Source: an uncultured Spirochaetota bacterium
GTDB taxonomy: Bacteria > Spirochaetota > Spirochaetia > SZUA-6 > Fen-1364
Reading direction: 5' to 3'
Assembly: GCA_963845535.1 (NCBI GenBank)
Contig: CAWJSK010000015.1
Coordinates: 288,001 to 352,000 of the forward strand
DNA: 64,000 bases
In this document: positions 9,997 through 19,173 of the stretch, piece by piece
How positions within the stretch are numbered: the stretch's first letter is position 1
How the letters are laid out: each line of letters starts with the position of its first letter
The notes under the pieces: generated by a model
Seen by the model: only the letters and a program-made list of their open reading frames with translations
What the model was told of the DNA's origin: nothing
Database searches by the model: none
Translations under genes and position numbers: made by a program

Positions 9997-11625
9997 ATGA
10001 CGCATCCGCGCATGATCAGAAATCCTGTCCTTCGCGGATTCTGCCCGGACCCTTCGATTGTCCGCGTGGGGGACGACTACTTCATTGCCACCTCCACGTT
10101 CGAATGGTTCCCCGGCGTCTGCATTCATCATTCCCGTGACCTCGAGCACTGGCGCATTGTCTCGCGTCCGCTCGACAGACCCGGCCTGCTCGACATGAGG
10201 GGGGACCCGAACTCGGGAGGGGTCTGGGCGCCGTGCTTGAGCTGGGCTGAAAGCCGATTTTGCCTCGTGTACACCGACATGAAGCGATGGGCCGGACAGG
10301 TCAAGGACTGTCACAACTACCTCACCACGGCTCCTTCCATCGAAGGTCCGTGGACTGATCCGATCCATCTGAACAGCTCCGGGTTCGATGCGTCGCTGTT
10401 CCATGACACGGACGGCCGCGCGTGGTTGATGAACGTGCTCTGGGATTATCGCCCTGCCCGCAGCGGCTTCGGGGGAATCATTCTCCAGGAGTACTGCCGG
10501 AAAGAGAGCCGCCTGGTCGGCGCGCCGCGGCTGGTTTTTACCGGGACCGAGCTGGGGCTGGTGGAAGGTCCGCACATGTACCGCCGGGGCAGCTGGTACT
10601 ACCTGGTGACTGCCGAGGGAGGGACCTTCGCCACGCATGCGGTGAGCGTTGCCCGGTCTGCGTCGATTCAAGGTCCCTACGAGGTCATGCCGGAGAATCC
10701 GCTCCTGACATCCGCGCATGATCCGCTCCTGGGAATGCAGAGCGCGGGTCACGGAAGCCTGGTGGAAACGCAGAACGGAGAGTGGATCCTTGCGCACCTC
10801 GTGCGGCGGCCGCGCGCAAAGGGCAGGTCGATACTCGGACGAGAGACGGCGCTGCAGCCCCTGGAATGGACGGCGGATGGCTGGCCCAGATTGCGGTGCG
10901 GAGGGCGCGCTCCGGCCGACACTTTCCCTGCTCCTGACCTGCCGACGTGTCCATGGGACCCGGAGCCGGCAGTGGATCATTTCGATGCGCCGACCCTCGG
11001 CAGAATATACCAGTCGCTGCGCATTCCGCTCGAAAGCTCATTGATGAGCCTGACGGAACGGCCGGGCTTCCTGCGACTGAAGGGAGCGGAGAGCATTCTC
11101 TCCAATTTCCGGCAATCCCTGGTGGGCAGGCGGATCGCTTCCTTCCGGATCAAGGCAGCGACATGCGTGGAGTTCGAGCCGAAATCGTTCCAGAACCTCG
11201 CGGGCCTGGCCGCCTTCTACAATACGGAAAGTTTCTTCTATTTATTCATCACCCGGTCCGATCACGCTTCAAAGTGTCTGGGTCTCATGCAGTGCGAGCA
11301 CGGCACGCTTTCGTTCCCCGTTGAGAAGGAAATACCCGTCGAGAGCTGGAACCGGGTGCATCTTGGGTTCGAGCTCGACCACGAGAGGCTTCAATTTACC
11401 TATTCTCCGGATGGCGTGACGTGGACGAAGATCGGATGGGAGATGGACGGATCCATTCTCTCCGACGAGCATGCCAACCCGTGCGGATTCACCGGAGCCT
11501 TCGTGGCTGTGTGCTGCCAGGACCTGAGCGGCCAGGGCCATCACGCGGACTTCGATTTCCTGGAGTATGTGGAGTTGGACGCCTGGAAGGTTCGGGGAGA
11601 GGCCGCTATCAGCGGCATTCCCTAA
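9997..11625 (+). CDS. Beta-xylosidase/arabinofuranosidase, GH43 with C-terminal beta-sandwich
   Basis: NPVLRGFCPDPSI, STFEWFPG, WAP, GFDASLF, EGPH, GFTGAFV. Confidence 0.95.
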   Translation: MTHPRMIRNPVLRGFCPDPSIVRVGDDYFIATSTFEWFPGVCIHHSRDLEHWRIVSRPLDRPGLLDMRGDPNSGGVWAPCLSWAESRFCLVYTDMKRWAGQVKDCHNYLTTAPSIEGPWTDPIHLNSSGFDASLFHDTDGRAWLMNVLWDYRPARSGFGGIILQEYCRKESRLVGAPRLVFTGTELGLVEGPHMYRRGSWYYLVTAEGGTFATHAVSVARSASIQGPYEVMPENPLLTSAHDPLLGMQSAGHGSLVETQNGEWILAHLVRRPRAKGRSILGRETALQPLEWTADGWPRLRCGGRAPADTFPAPDLPTCPWDPEPAVDHFDAPTLGRIYQSLRIPLESSLMSLTERPGFLRLKGAESILSNFRQSLVGRRIASFRIKAATCVEFEPKSFQNLAGLAAFYNTESFFYLFITRSDHASKCLGLMQCEHGTLSFPVEKEIPVESWNRVHLGFELDHERLQFTYSPDGVTWTKIGWEMDGSILSDEHANPCGFTGAFVAVCCQDLSGQGHHADFDFLEYVELDAWKVRGEAAISGIP

Positions 11626-11749
11626 AAATCATTCACACTTGTTCAAGACAAATTTTCTGTCGTGGCACTCAAGGGCACGGCACGAAAGGATAGACGCTAG
11701 CTCCACCGCAGCACTTTGCCTCAACCAATAGGGTAGGTTAGATTGAACC

Positions 11750-12103
11750 ATGACCCTTCGTGCCCTCGCTTGGTATCACGTCAAAGAGACCAAACAGTAC
11801 TGCCAAGTGGCCTCCATCATCTCATCGACTGACCCTCAGGTTCAAGTCAAGACCGCCAAGGAAAGCTTGAAAGGGGTCCACGTTGCCCTCGTCTGGTTCA
11901 CATCTACCGACGAAACCAACTCTGCCTGGACAAAGCGAGCGATCTTGATGGAACTGAAAAAAGCCTTCGGCCTTCTCAGGGAACCGACAGAAGCGGACTT
12001 GCTCATCATAGACAAGCTCAAAAAGACTATGAACGACATCCCCTTTCACTCGATGAGCATCGATGGCACAAAGACTGTAACGAGCAGTCAGGATGGAGCT
12101 TGA
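11750..12103 (+). CDS. Hypothetical protein
   Basis: 117-aa ORF with protein-like composition, no recognised motif. Confidence 0.5.
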   Translation: MTLRALAWYHVKETKQYCQVASIISSTDPQVQVKTAKESLKGVHVALVWFTSTDETNSAWTKRAILMELKKAFGLLREPTEADLLIIDKLKKTMNDIPFHSMSIDGTKTVTSSQDGA

Positions 12104-12225
12104 TTCATCCGAAGATCAAGCAAAGATACCAAAAAACCTTTGGATTTCCTTCTGTCAGAAAAAGGCGAGACCGCCTCAATGGCAGTGTAACATTTTTTGC
12201 GTTAGACTTCGTACAGGAGGAAAAC

Positions 12226-12504
12226 ATGACACGACGAGCTTTGAGGAATCTCATCATCGGTATCTTGGCAATCGCGCTGCTTTCTGTCGGTGGAATGGTA
12301 TTCGCCCAACAGGTGAGCGGTGATCGCCATCCAAATCTCGCGGCAGCCCAGGACTTCATCCAGCAGGCGATTGGGAAGATCACAGAAGCCCAAAAGGCAA
12401 ACAAGGGCGATATGAAAGGCCATGCTGAAAAAGCAAAGCGGCTTCTTGGCGAAGCATACCACGAAATATGGCTGGCGGCTCAGGCAGCGAATGCCAATCA
12501 GTAG
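12226..12504 (+). CDS. Small secreted helical protein (HPNLAAAQ...DMKGHA type)
   Basis: AGGAGG RBS, signal peptide ending VFA-Q; paralogue follows. Confidence 0.8.
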   Translation: MTRRALRNLIIGILAIALLSVGGMVFAQQVSGDRHPNLAAAQDFIQQAIGKITEAQKANKGDMKGHAEKAKRLLGEAYHEIWLAAQAANANQ

Positions 12505-12514
12505 CTACGGCATC

Positions 12515-12769
12515 ATGAAAACTTCATCGCTAGTCAAGCTGATCGTCGGTTGTGTGTTGGTCGGGGGGTTGGTGTTGGGTTGCGTCTCAGTTGGTCACCC
12601 GAATCTCGCCGCAGCCCAACAATACGTCCAGCAGGCCATGGGCAAGGTGACCGAGGCTCAAAAGGCAAACAAATACGATATGAAGGGACACGCTGACAAG
12701 GCAAAGAGGCTTATGGAACAAGCCATTCAGGAAATCCAACTGGCCGGGGAAGCAGCGAGCAGCTATTAA
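12515..12769 (+). CDS. Small lipoprotein, paralogue of the preceding gene
   Basis: Lipobox-like VLGC, then HPNLAAAQ...TEAQKANK.DMKGHA.KAKRL. Confidence 0.8.
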   Translation: MKTSSLVKLIVGCVLVGGLVLGCVSVGHPNLAAAQQYVQQAMGKVTEAQKANKYDMKGHADKAKRLMEQAIQEIQLAGEAASSY

Positions 12770-12818
12770 CGACTCAAAGAACATCCCCCCGCCCAGTAGT
12801 TTCCAGCTTCATTTCGCG

Positions 12819-12850
12819 ACCCCTTGGTAGCCAACCACCAAGGGGTTTTC
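12819..12850 (+). terminator. Rho-independent terminator
   Basis: ACCCCTTGGT-N8-ACCAAGGGGT followed by TTT. Confidence 0.7.
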
Positions 12851-12882
12851 TGATTTCGAAACTTGATATTTCAGTACATAGC

Positions 12883-12926
12883 CGTTGTGGACCCAAGGCA
12901 ATCCTCAAATTACATTTGAATCGTGA
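12883..12926 (+). repeat. 44-bp direct repeat, copy 1
   Basis: CGTTGTGGACCCAAGGCAATCCTCAAATTACATTTGAATCGTGA; 41/44 identical to 13788-13831. Confidence 0.9.
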
Positions 12927-13150
12927 TAGAACGGCGTTTCGGCCCTTTTTTGTCTGTCATGTGACAAGCAGGCATTCGGCCCAAAACATGGAAAAGGCTT
13001 CAAGATTCGACTTCGAGTTCTTCGTAGACGATGCCCGCCGATTCTCATTACGTTAACTCTGGCGCTGTTTGACGCAGAAATCTGTGGCATTCTAACCGAA
13101 TGCCGTTGCTTGAGATTTCATTTCCAAAATGAACGGAGATTGAGGATTGA

Positions 13151-13741
13151 ATGTCTCCTGAGAAACGCAGAGCCTTGGAAAAAGAAATTTTGGAGCTTCC
13201 ATTTCTCAATGGCTTCACGAAAGCCGAACGTGAGCTTGCAACAGAAGCAAGAAATGAGATTCTTGAGCTTGTATTCGACAAGTTCATTATACCTGATGAA
13301 GCGAGTAATACTGTCACTTCAACCAACTCTTGGAAACGAGCGCGGCAGTTATGGAAAACTTTGATCAGCGAACAACGGGCTTCCTATTTTGTTGAGCTAA
13401 AAAGCTCACGATATGCTGACTGGATAAGGACTGGCGCACCGACTGCCTTGCCTTGCACCACGTCCCAGGTAGAAGAGCGCAATAGGAACTTGCCAGAGCT
13501 TCAAGGGACTGAAACTTCTGTGGATCAGGCGAGAGTGATCCGAGCAACGCTCCTAAAGTTTGCCGATGAGCTTTTTGAAAACCTACTGCGGATCGGCGCA
13601 CCGGCGGAAAATCGCCGCAAGCTAATGAGTTTCCGTAACCAGATTTTGAGGCAAGGAACTGACGCAGACTGGTTCGTGAATAATCAGCCAAGGGATTTCA
13701 GGGACTATGAAAAAACGGTGATTGAACTGATGGAAGAATAG
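13151..13741 (+). CDS. Hypothetical protein
   Basis: 196-aa ORF with GAGGA RBS; lies between the 44-bp repeats. Confidence 0.65.
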   Translation: MSPEKRRALEKEILELPFLNGFTKAERELATEARNEILELVFDKFIIPDEASNTVTSTNSWKRARQLWKTLISEQRASYFVELKSSRYADWIRTGAPTALPCTTSQVEERNRNLPELQGTETSVDQARVIRATLLKFADELFENLLRIGAPAENRRKLMSFRNQILRQGTDADWFVNNQPRDFRDYEKTVIELMEE

Positions 13742-13787
13742 AGTTCGAGAAAAGGTTGCCTCATTTTTATCATTGGGAGACGAAGAT

Positions 13788-13831
13788 CGTTGTGGACCCA
13801 AGGCAGTCCCCAAATTACATTTGAATAGTGA
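13788..13831 (+). repeat. 44-bp direct repeat, copy 2
   Basis: CGTTGTGGACCCAAGGCAGTCCCCAAATTACATTTGAATAGTGA; ends in the GTG start of the next gene. Confidence 0.9.
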
Positions 13832-14280
13832 CAAAAGAACATTCGAGTGTCCATTACATCTTCAAGGTGAGCATGATCGGGCCTGTGCGTGTTTCAAAAA
13901 CCATCTCTCTCAGGGGAGATCGAACACTTTGCGACTTGCACGAAGCAATCTTCCAAGCTTATGGCCGACATGATGATTTGATCTATTCCTTCTATTTCCC
14001 AAAAGCAGAAATGGGAGGATTCATGCCCGGGCTTTACCCAAAGGAGTATGCGCCAGAAGTAATGTTGGAGCGTGACACGTTCTCAAATGACAAGCCTTCT
14101 AACGCCGCCAAAACGACACTCGATTCCCTTCACCTGTTGATTGGGCAAACGTTTGAATACCTTTTCGATTTTGGGGATTCCGCTCTCCACGAAATCAAGG
14201 TTGTCGCAAAGCATTCTCTCAATCACGAGAATAGGCTTCCAACGCCTATGGAAAGCCGCCATTTAGGGCTGCGCCTTTGA
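13828..14280 (+). CDS. Plasmid pRiA4b ORF-3 family protein (divergent copy)
   Basis: TLCDLHEAIFQAY, YSFYF, FEYLFDFGD..LHEIKV. Confidence 0.85.
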   Translation: MTKEHSSVHYIFKVSMIGPVRVSKTISLRGDRTLCDLHEAIFQAYGRHDDLIYSFYFPKAEMGGFMPGLYPKEYAPEVMLERDTFSNDKPSNAAKTTLDSLHLLIGQTFEYLFDFGDSALHEIKVVAKHSLNHENRLPTPMESRHLGLRL

Positions 14281-14314
14281 CAAACCGAGCGGCATCAATC
14301 CTCTCATCAAATGC

Positions 14315-14343
14315 AAAAAAAAGGGAGGGGCAAAATACCTCCG
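14315..14343 (-). terminator. Rho-independent terminator for the 14366-14569 gene
   Basis: Minus strand GGAGG-loop-CCTCC followed by a T8 tract. Confidence 0.6.
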
Positions 14344-14365
14344 CTTCATTCTGTCGAAACTCTTT

Positions 14366-14569
14366 TCAGTTCTGTCTGAATCTCTTTCCTTGCCACTCTC
14401 GATACGCAAGCCGAGCGAGTTTCTTCTCCGTTGTGCTCCCTTTCGTCTCGAAGAAGAGCACTTGAGCCTTGGCCTGATCTTCGTCCGAGAAAGCTTGTTC
14501 AGCTTCTACGACCTTTTCTGTCTGCTTTCCTTTTTCAATCCAAAAAACGGAACCACCGATCTTGTGCAT
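14366..14569 (-). CDS. Small protein of unknown function (stand-alone domain X)
   Basis: AGGAGG RBS; 28/63 ungapped identities to the N-terminus of 14813-15457. Confidence 0.8.
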   Translation of the reverse strand: MHKIGGSVFWIEKGKQTEKVVEAEQAFSDEDQAKAQVLFFETKGSTTEKKLARLAYREWQGKRFRQN

Positions 14570-14812
14570 TAGAGAAATCCTCCTGAAAGAAATGAAGTAT
14601 CCAAATACAAACTACCCCGAGACACTTCGATGTGTCAAATTCAAGCGCGCGAAAGACTTCTTTTTACGGATCCTTTTTGACGATCCGTCCCAGGTGGTTT
14701 TATCTTTGTGTAGGAACTTCAACACGTCCGTTAGCGCTATGTGAAGCGATTATTTTGTGTCAATTTCTTAGCCTATCCGCTTTCCCTCCAAGCACATGCA
14801 TTCAAAGAATCT

Positions 14813-15457
14813 CTACTTGGTTGAAGCTTTCCTCTTGGTTGCCTTCCTCGCAGAAACCTTTCTCGCTGCCTTTCTTCCCGCTGACTTGTCCGAGGACTTC
14901 GCTCTTGAAGGCCTTTTGCTTGAGGGCTGAGAAGCGTCCTTGGGGGCCTTTCTCCCTACCTTCGTTTCGACTGCCTTCTTCGAGGGCTTTTCCCTTGAAG
15001 GTTCACCTTTTAATGACTTGGAAGCGACCTTCGGAGCTCTTCTTGCAACGCTTCTTCTCACTGACTTCTTTGATGACTTTGCTTTTGAAGGCTCACTTCC
15101 TGGGGACTTGGAAGCGACCTTCGGGGCTTTCTTCGCAACCTTCCTTGCCACTGGCTCCGTTGACGACTTTGCTGTTGAAGGCTTTTCCCTTGAGGGCTTT
15201 GAAGTCCTTTCCTGATCGACTTCCCCCGTAACCCTTCTTGGCGTAGATTCACTTTCCCCTCGATACCCTTTCCCGAGGAACTGTGTAAATGCCAAACGAG
15301 CAAGTATTAGTTGCTTTTTGTCACCTGAACTCTCTGCATATTGGATTTGCGCTACAGCCTGGGCAGGATCGCCAAAGGCTTCACTTACGTCAACCACTCT
15401 GTTCGTTTGTCTGGCGTTTTCGATCCAATAGACGTTGCCAACTATCTTTCTTGCCAC
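14813..15457 (-). CDS. Domain X fused to a histone-H1-like Lys/Ser/Ala/Pro-rich repeat tail
   Basis: GGAGG RBS before GTG; tail repeats APKVASKS and EPSxxK with ~30-aa period (GACTTGGAAGCGACCTTCGG at 15015 and 15105). Confidence 0.8.
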   Translation of the reverse strand: MARKIVGNVYWIENARQTNRVVDVSEAFGDPAQAVAQIQYAESSGDKKQLILARLAFTQFLGKGYRGESESTPRRVTGEVDQERTSKPSREKPSTAKSSTEPVARKVAKKAPKVASKSPGSEPSKAKSSKKSVRRSVARRAPKVASKSLKGEPSREKPSKKAVETKVGRKAPKDASQPSSKRPSRAKSSDKSAGRKAARKVSARKATKRKASTK

Positions 15458-15548
15458 TTTGCGCCTCCATAGGCTTATAGGTATTCCGCGCAACAAAGAC
15501 CAGCGTGCTCAAAGGGATTATAGCAGATTATTCGGCAAAAGGGTAGGA

Positions 15549-15722
15549 CTACTTGATCAGCTTATTCTTCTTCATGTATTCAATGAGCACTATCCTTATC
15601 CCTGTTGCCGTTGGAATCCGTCTCTCTTTGAAGTGCTTCTCAACAGCCTCCCAATCAGGATCGGACATTCGGAAGTTCCTCAACTTGAGCTTCTCATCGT
15701 CATCAAGCCTTGGTTTCGGCAT
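15549..15722 (-). CDS. Putative ribbon-helix-helix DNA-binding protein, 57 aa (absent from ORF track)
   Basis: MPKPRLDDDEKLKLRNFRMSDPDWEAVEKHFKERRIPTATGIRIVLIEYMKKNKLIK; GAGG RBS overlapping the recombinase stop. Confidence 0.65.
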   Translation of the reverse strand: MPKPRLDDDEKLKLRNFRMSDPDWEAVEKHFKERRIPTATGIRIVLIEYMKKNKLIK

Positions 15723-15730
15723 AGCATCCT

Positions 15731-16596
15731 CTACAACAGTTCATCAAGCGAAAAGACTTCGTGCGTATACATATCCAAGGTGATCGCCGCGCTCGAATGC
15801 CCAAGGTATTCGGAGGTCGCTTGGATTTTGTGTGTTTTGTGTACCATAATCGCGGCAAACGAGTGCCTCAAAGTGTGGGCGCTTATGTGTTTGCCCAGAA
15901 CTTTCTCAGAAAGCTTCCCGATTTTCTTCGTGACGTTCACCTTGTCATATCTGTTCGCATGGACCGTCTCAAATAGAAAGTGATTCCCTTTGAAGGCTTC
16001 GAGGATCGCAGCATAATCCGACTCGGACAAGAAGACTGTCCTTGCTTTTGTTCCCTTCCCGAGAACGTTGATCTTCATCGCACTATCCGTCTCGGTTACA
16101 TCGTCCAACGTCGCGTTTAGCGCCTCAGAGATTCTTGTTCCAGGCCTATAAAGGAATCTGATGATGCAAGCAGTCTTTGGATCAGCAGCTTGGATCAATC
16201 TAGCAATCTCATCCTCCGAAAGCACATTCTCGGGACGGATGGCCCTTTCGTTCTTTGAGAGCTTCACGCGCTTTACGACTTTGTAGGCGTTCTTGAGCAC
16301 CTCTGCCTTCTCCGTGCCGTATGTCGCCGCCAGGAACCCGATGAGTCCCGCTTTGATTCCACACAGCTTCCTGTTGATGGTTGTCGCCTTCACCGAGTTT
16401 CCAAGGAGGTACTCCTTGTAGGCTTGGAGAGAGCCAGGATCGCCGATGGACCGCTTCCTCTCTCTACAGAATCCAGGTATGCCTCCCGGTCCCCTCTGTA
16501 TGCATTGTGGGAGATTTTGGAAAGACTTTCGGAGGGAGGGTTGAGGAAAAGAGCGACCTCATTAACTGCTAGGGCAGGAAGGGTGTCGTTTTCCAA
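15731..16596 (-). pseudogene. XerC/D-like tyrosine recombinase with a 1-bp frameshift near 16470
   Basis: Catalytic R (GTRISE), K (GKGTK), HTLRH, LGH and Y (DMYTH) intact; one added T joins the N-terminal ORF as YLDFCRERKRSIGDPGSL. Confidence 0.85.
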
Positions 16597-16874
16597 AGGG
16601 TGCCTCTTTTTTGGCTGGAAATACCATGTAAGCTGACTTTTATGGTATCATAAATATACCTATTTTGTCTTACAGAATCAAGCCTCCGAACGCTTCTGGC
16701 CCTCCCAAATCGGGGCTGCTTTTAGATTGCAGGCAAAGGGTGTCTATTTGTCTAGCACCCTTTTTCGTAGCAGGCGGAGCCACCAGGGAGCCGGATGCGC
16801 CCACGCTCATGGAATGAAAAGGAATATATGGCACATGAAGTGGACATTTTAATAGCGGCCAAAGAAACAACGCT

Positions 16875-17363
16875 TTGATTATATTTCTTGACGAGGATTG
16901 TTCTACGTCGATAAACGAAACATCGGGCGGCACTGAGCAACCTCTCGCAAGTGTTGATCAGGCCACACACGCTGCCGCCCACATCGTGGCGGCTCTCGTC
17001 CTCGGCATTCCCGTACGGGGCGCTGACACAAGTTTTGAAGGGCATCCATACTGTGATGTCGGGTGGGCCGAAAGAGTTAAAGAAACAAATGACTCGGAAG
17101 GCTACCAGGCATACTGTGCGATCCTGTATGCTCCCTACTTCGTGGAAGTCAAACGCAAGGTGTATCTGAGGGCTTCCCTGGATGACAGATGCGCTTTTGA
17201 GGAAATAGTTGAGCAACATTTTCCCGAGCGCAGAAGAGCGTTGATGGTTCGCGCCAAGAATCTCGTCGAAGACCACTACGAGGAGATAGTGCGTCTTGCG
17301 GAGTTGCTCAATGAGCGCAAACAACTCACCGCCGAGGAAATAGGCGAGTTTTGGAAAGGGTGA
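16875..17363 (+). CDS. Stand-alone peptidase M41 (FtsH protease domain)-like protein with degenerate zinc motif
   Basis: ATHAAAHIVAALVLG where HExxH is expected; C-terminal IVRLAELLNERKQLTAEEI resembles the FtsH terminal helices. Confidence 0.55.
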   Translation: MIIFLDEDCSTSINETSGGTEQPLASVDQATHAAAHIVAALVLGIPVRGADTSFEGHPYCDVGWAERVKETNDSEGYQAYCAILYAPYFVEVKRKVYLRASLDDRCAFEEIVEQHFPERRRALMVRAKNLVEDHYEEIVRLAELLNERKQLTAEEIGEFWKG

Positions 17364-17493
17364 AAGAAGGAGCATCTGAACTGACTTTCGCACTTACGGG
17401 AGGAAAGGAGAGGTCATTTTCAGTGCTCTTCGGATATTGACACTTGATGTACTATTCTCATTGGCGAAGAAAAACATCCGATAGGGGCAGGCC

Positions 17494-18036
17494 ATGGCAA
17501 AAGCGATAGAGGACTTGAAGAATGAACACGAGGCGATTCTCGCCAGTTTGAAGATTCTTGACACTCTTGCCGGGCGTCTGAACAGAGGATTGGATGTCCA
17601 GAGAAGGGACATCCATGACTTCATAGCCTTCTTACGGGAATTTGCTGACAAGTGCCACCACGGCAAGGAAGAGGGAATTCTTTTCCCCGCGCTGGTGAAA
17701 GCCGGTATTCCAGAGAAAGGCGGTCCAATAGGGGTCATGTTGTCCGAGCACGTAGAAGGACGTGAGTTGATAAAGGAGATGGAAGCGGCGGTCTCGGGCA
17801 AGGAAGATCATGAAAGGTTCACACTGGCGGCAAAGCAGTATTCAAGTTTGCTTCAAGCTCATATCGAAAAAGAGAACAGCGTTCTTTTCCCCTCAGCAGA
17901 AAGCGTTCTTACTGCTGCTCAGTGGGACCAAATACACGATGCATTCGAGCAGCACGAGCAGAAAGTGATTGGCGCAGGCAGGCATGAAGAGCTTCATGCA
18001 ATGCTAAAGGGGCTGAGGCAAAAGTACCCCTCATGA
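17494..18036 (+). CDS. Hemerythrin/HHE cation-binding domain protein
   Basis: EHEAI, HHGKEEGILFP, EHVEGR, HIEKENSVLFP. Confidence 0.92.
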   Translation: MAKAIEDLKNEHEAILASLKILDTLAGRLNRGLDVQRRDIHDFIAFLREFADKCHHGKEEGILFPALVKAGIPEKGGPIGVMLSEHVEGRELIKEMEAAVSGKEDHERFTLAAKQYSSLLQAHIEKENSVLFPSAESVLTAAQWDQIHDAFEQHEQKVIGAGRHEELHAMLKGLRQKYPS

Positions 18037-18126
18037 CAGAGAGCCGTTTGCTTGACAATTTCCAGATCTGATATAGACTTGACATCCCAACTAGCGATAA
18101 TGCACAGCTCTTAGGATTGCCCTCCA

Positions 18127-18825
18127 ATGGTGGTTCAAGTCGAGGAGATTATTATGCCTTCACAGACTACTGTAATCAATCTCGGCGGAGTGAACTGTTG
18201 CCTTCTTGCCGCAGGCGATGGCTACATCCTGATCGATACCGGGTTCGCTCGCAAGCGAGTACAGCTTGCTAACCGCCTTGCCGAGGCTGGCTGCAAGCCA
18301 GGAAATCTCAAGCTCATCGTGCTGACCCATGGAGACTCTGATCATGTAGGAAATGCAGCCTTTTTTCGCAATGTATATGGCAGCAAAATCGCCATGCATA
18401 GTTCAGATTCGGGAATGGTTGAGCAAGGCGGCGTAAGCGGGAGCCGGAAGACAAAGCCTGACAAGATGTCGCCGTTCTTTCGTCTGATTGCATTTGTCGT
18501 TGGCGTATTTTTCAAGAAGGCTACTGATTTCAAGAAGTTCACGCCCGACATCATGATCGCCGAAAGGTTTGACCTTTCAACGTATGGGTTGAATGCAAAG
18601 GTTCTACATCTTCCAGGTCATTCCAAAGGATCGATAGGAATCCTGACCGATGATGGGAAACTCTTTTGTGGCGATTTCGCATACAACATACCTGGGTTCG
18701 GATACATAGACGATATGGCTGATCACAATGCGAGTATGGAAAAGCTGATTCAACTCAAGATTGAAATAATATATCCTGGTCATGGGAAGCCGTTCCCGAT
18801 GATTGCGCTCATAAGGAGAGCGTGA
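18127..18825 (+). CDS. Metallo-beta-lactamase-fold hydrolase
   Basis: LIDTG, THGDSDH, PGHSKGS, CGD, PGHG. Confidence 0.9.
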   Translation: MVVQVEEIIMPSQTTVINLGGVNCCLLAAGDGYILIDTGFARKRVQLANRLAEAGCKPGNLKLIVLTHGDSDHVGNAAFFRNVYGSKIAMHSSDSGMVEQGGVSGSRKTKPDKMSPFFRLIAFVVGVFFKKATDFKKFTPDIMIAERFDLSTYGLNAKVLHLPGHSKGSIGILTDDGKLFCGDFAYNIPGFGYIDDMADHNASMEKLIQLKIEIIYPGHGKPFPMIALIRRA

Positions 18826-18851
18826 TACTCTTGCCTGATGTAGGAGAACGT

Positions 18852-19148
18852 ATGAGCAAACAAAGTCTCCAAGTCATCGCACCGGCTCTCATGGGCTCTC
18901 CCAAGCACAACGCAGCACTTGCCGGCGACCTGACGAAGCTTGCCACTGAGTTCGGAGGACATCTCGATCTTTCCTATCACTCTACGACAACCTCCTTTAC
19001 ATGGCGAATCTATGATCTAGTCGAAAGATTTGACTTTCTCCAAGGCAAGGTTGAAGAGTTGAGGAAGAAATATCACGATACGGTCTTTGACCTATTCACA
19101 GAACCCATGTCGCACGGCGCAGAGACATGGTTGGAAACCTTTCAGTGA
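18852..19148 (+). CDS. Hypothetical protein
   Basis: AGGAG RBS, 98 aa. Confidence 0.55.
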   Translation: MSKQSLQVIAPALMGSPKHNAALAGDLTKLATEFGGHLDLSYHSTTTSFTWRIYDLVERFDFLQGKVEELRKKYHDTVFDLFTEPMSHGAETWLETFQ

Positions 19149-19173
19149 ACCAACCGCAAGATAGACCGCCTGA

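Noticed and set aside
11691..11713. tRNA-Leu-like words (TAGACGCTAGCT, CCGCAGCA) at the island left edge as an att site
   Set aside because: Short, discontinuous and not a direct repeat of the tRNA 3' end
16455..16480. Programmed ribosomal frameshift in the recombinase
   Set aside because: No canonical slippery heptamer or stimulatory structure seen; a single missing T explains it
16643..16670. dif-like site upstream of the recombinase
   Set aside because: Only a CATAA arm resembles dif; no XerD arm (TTATGTTAAAT)
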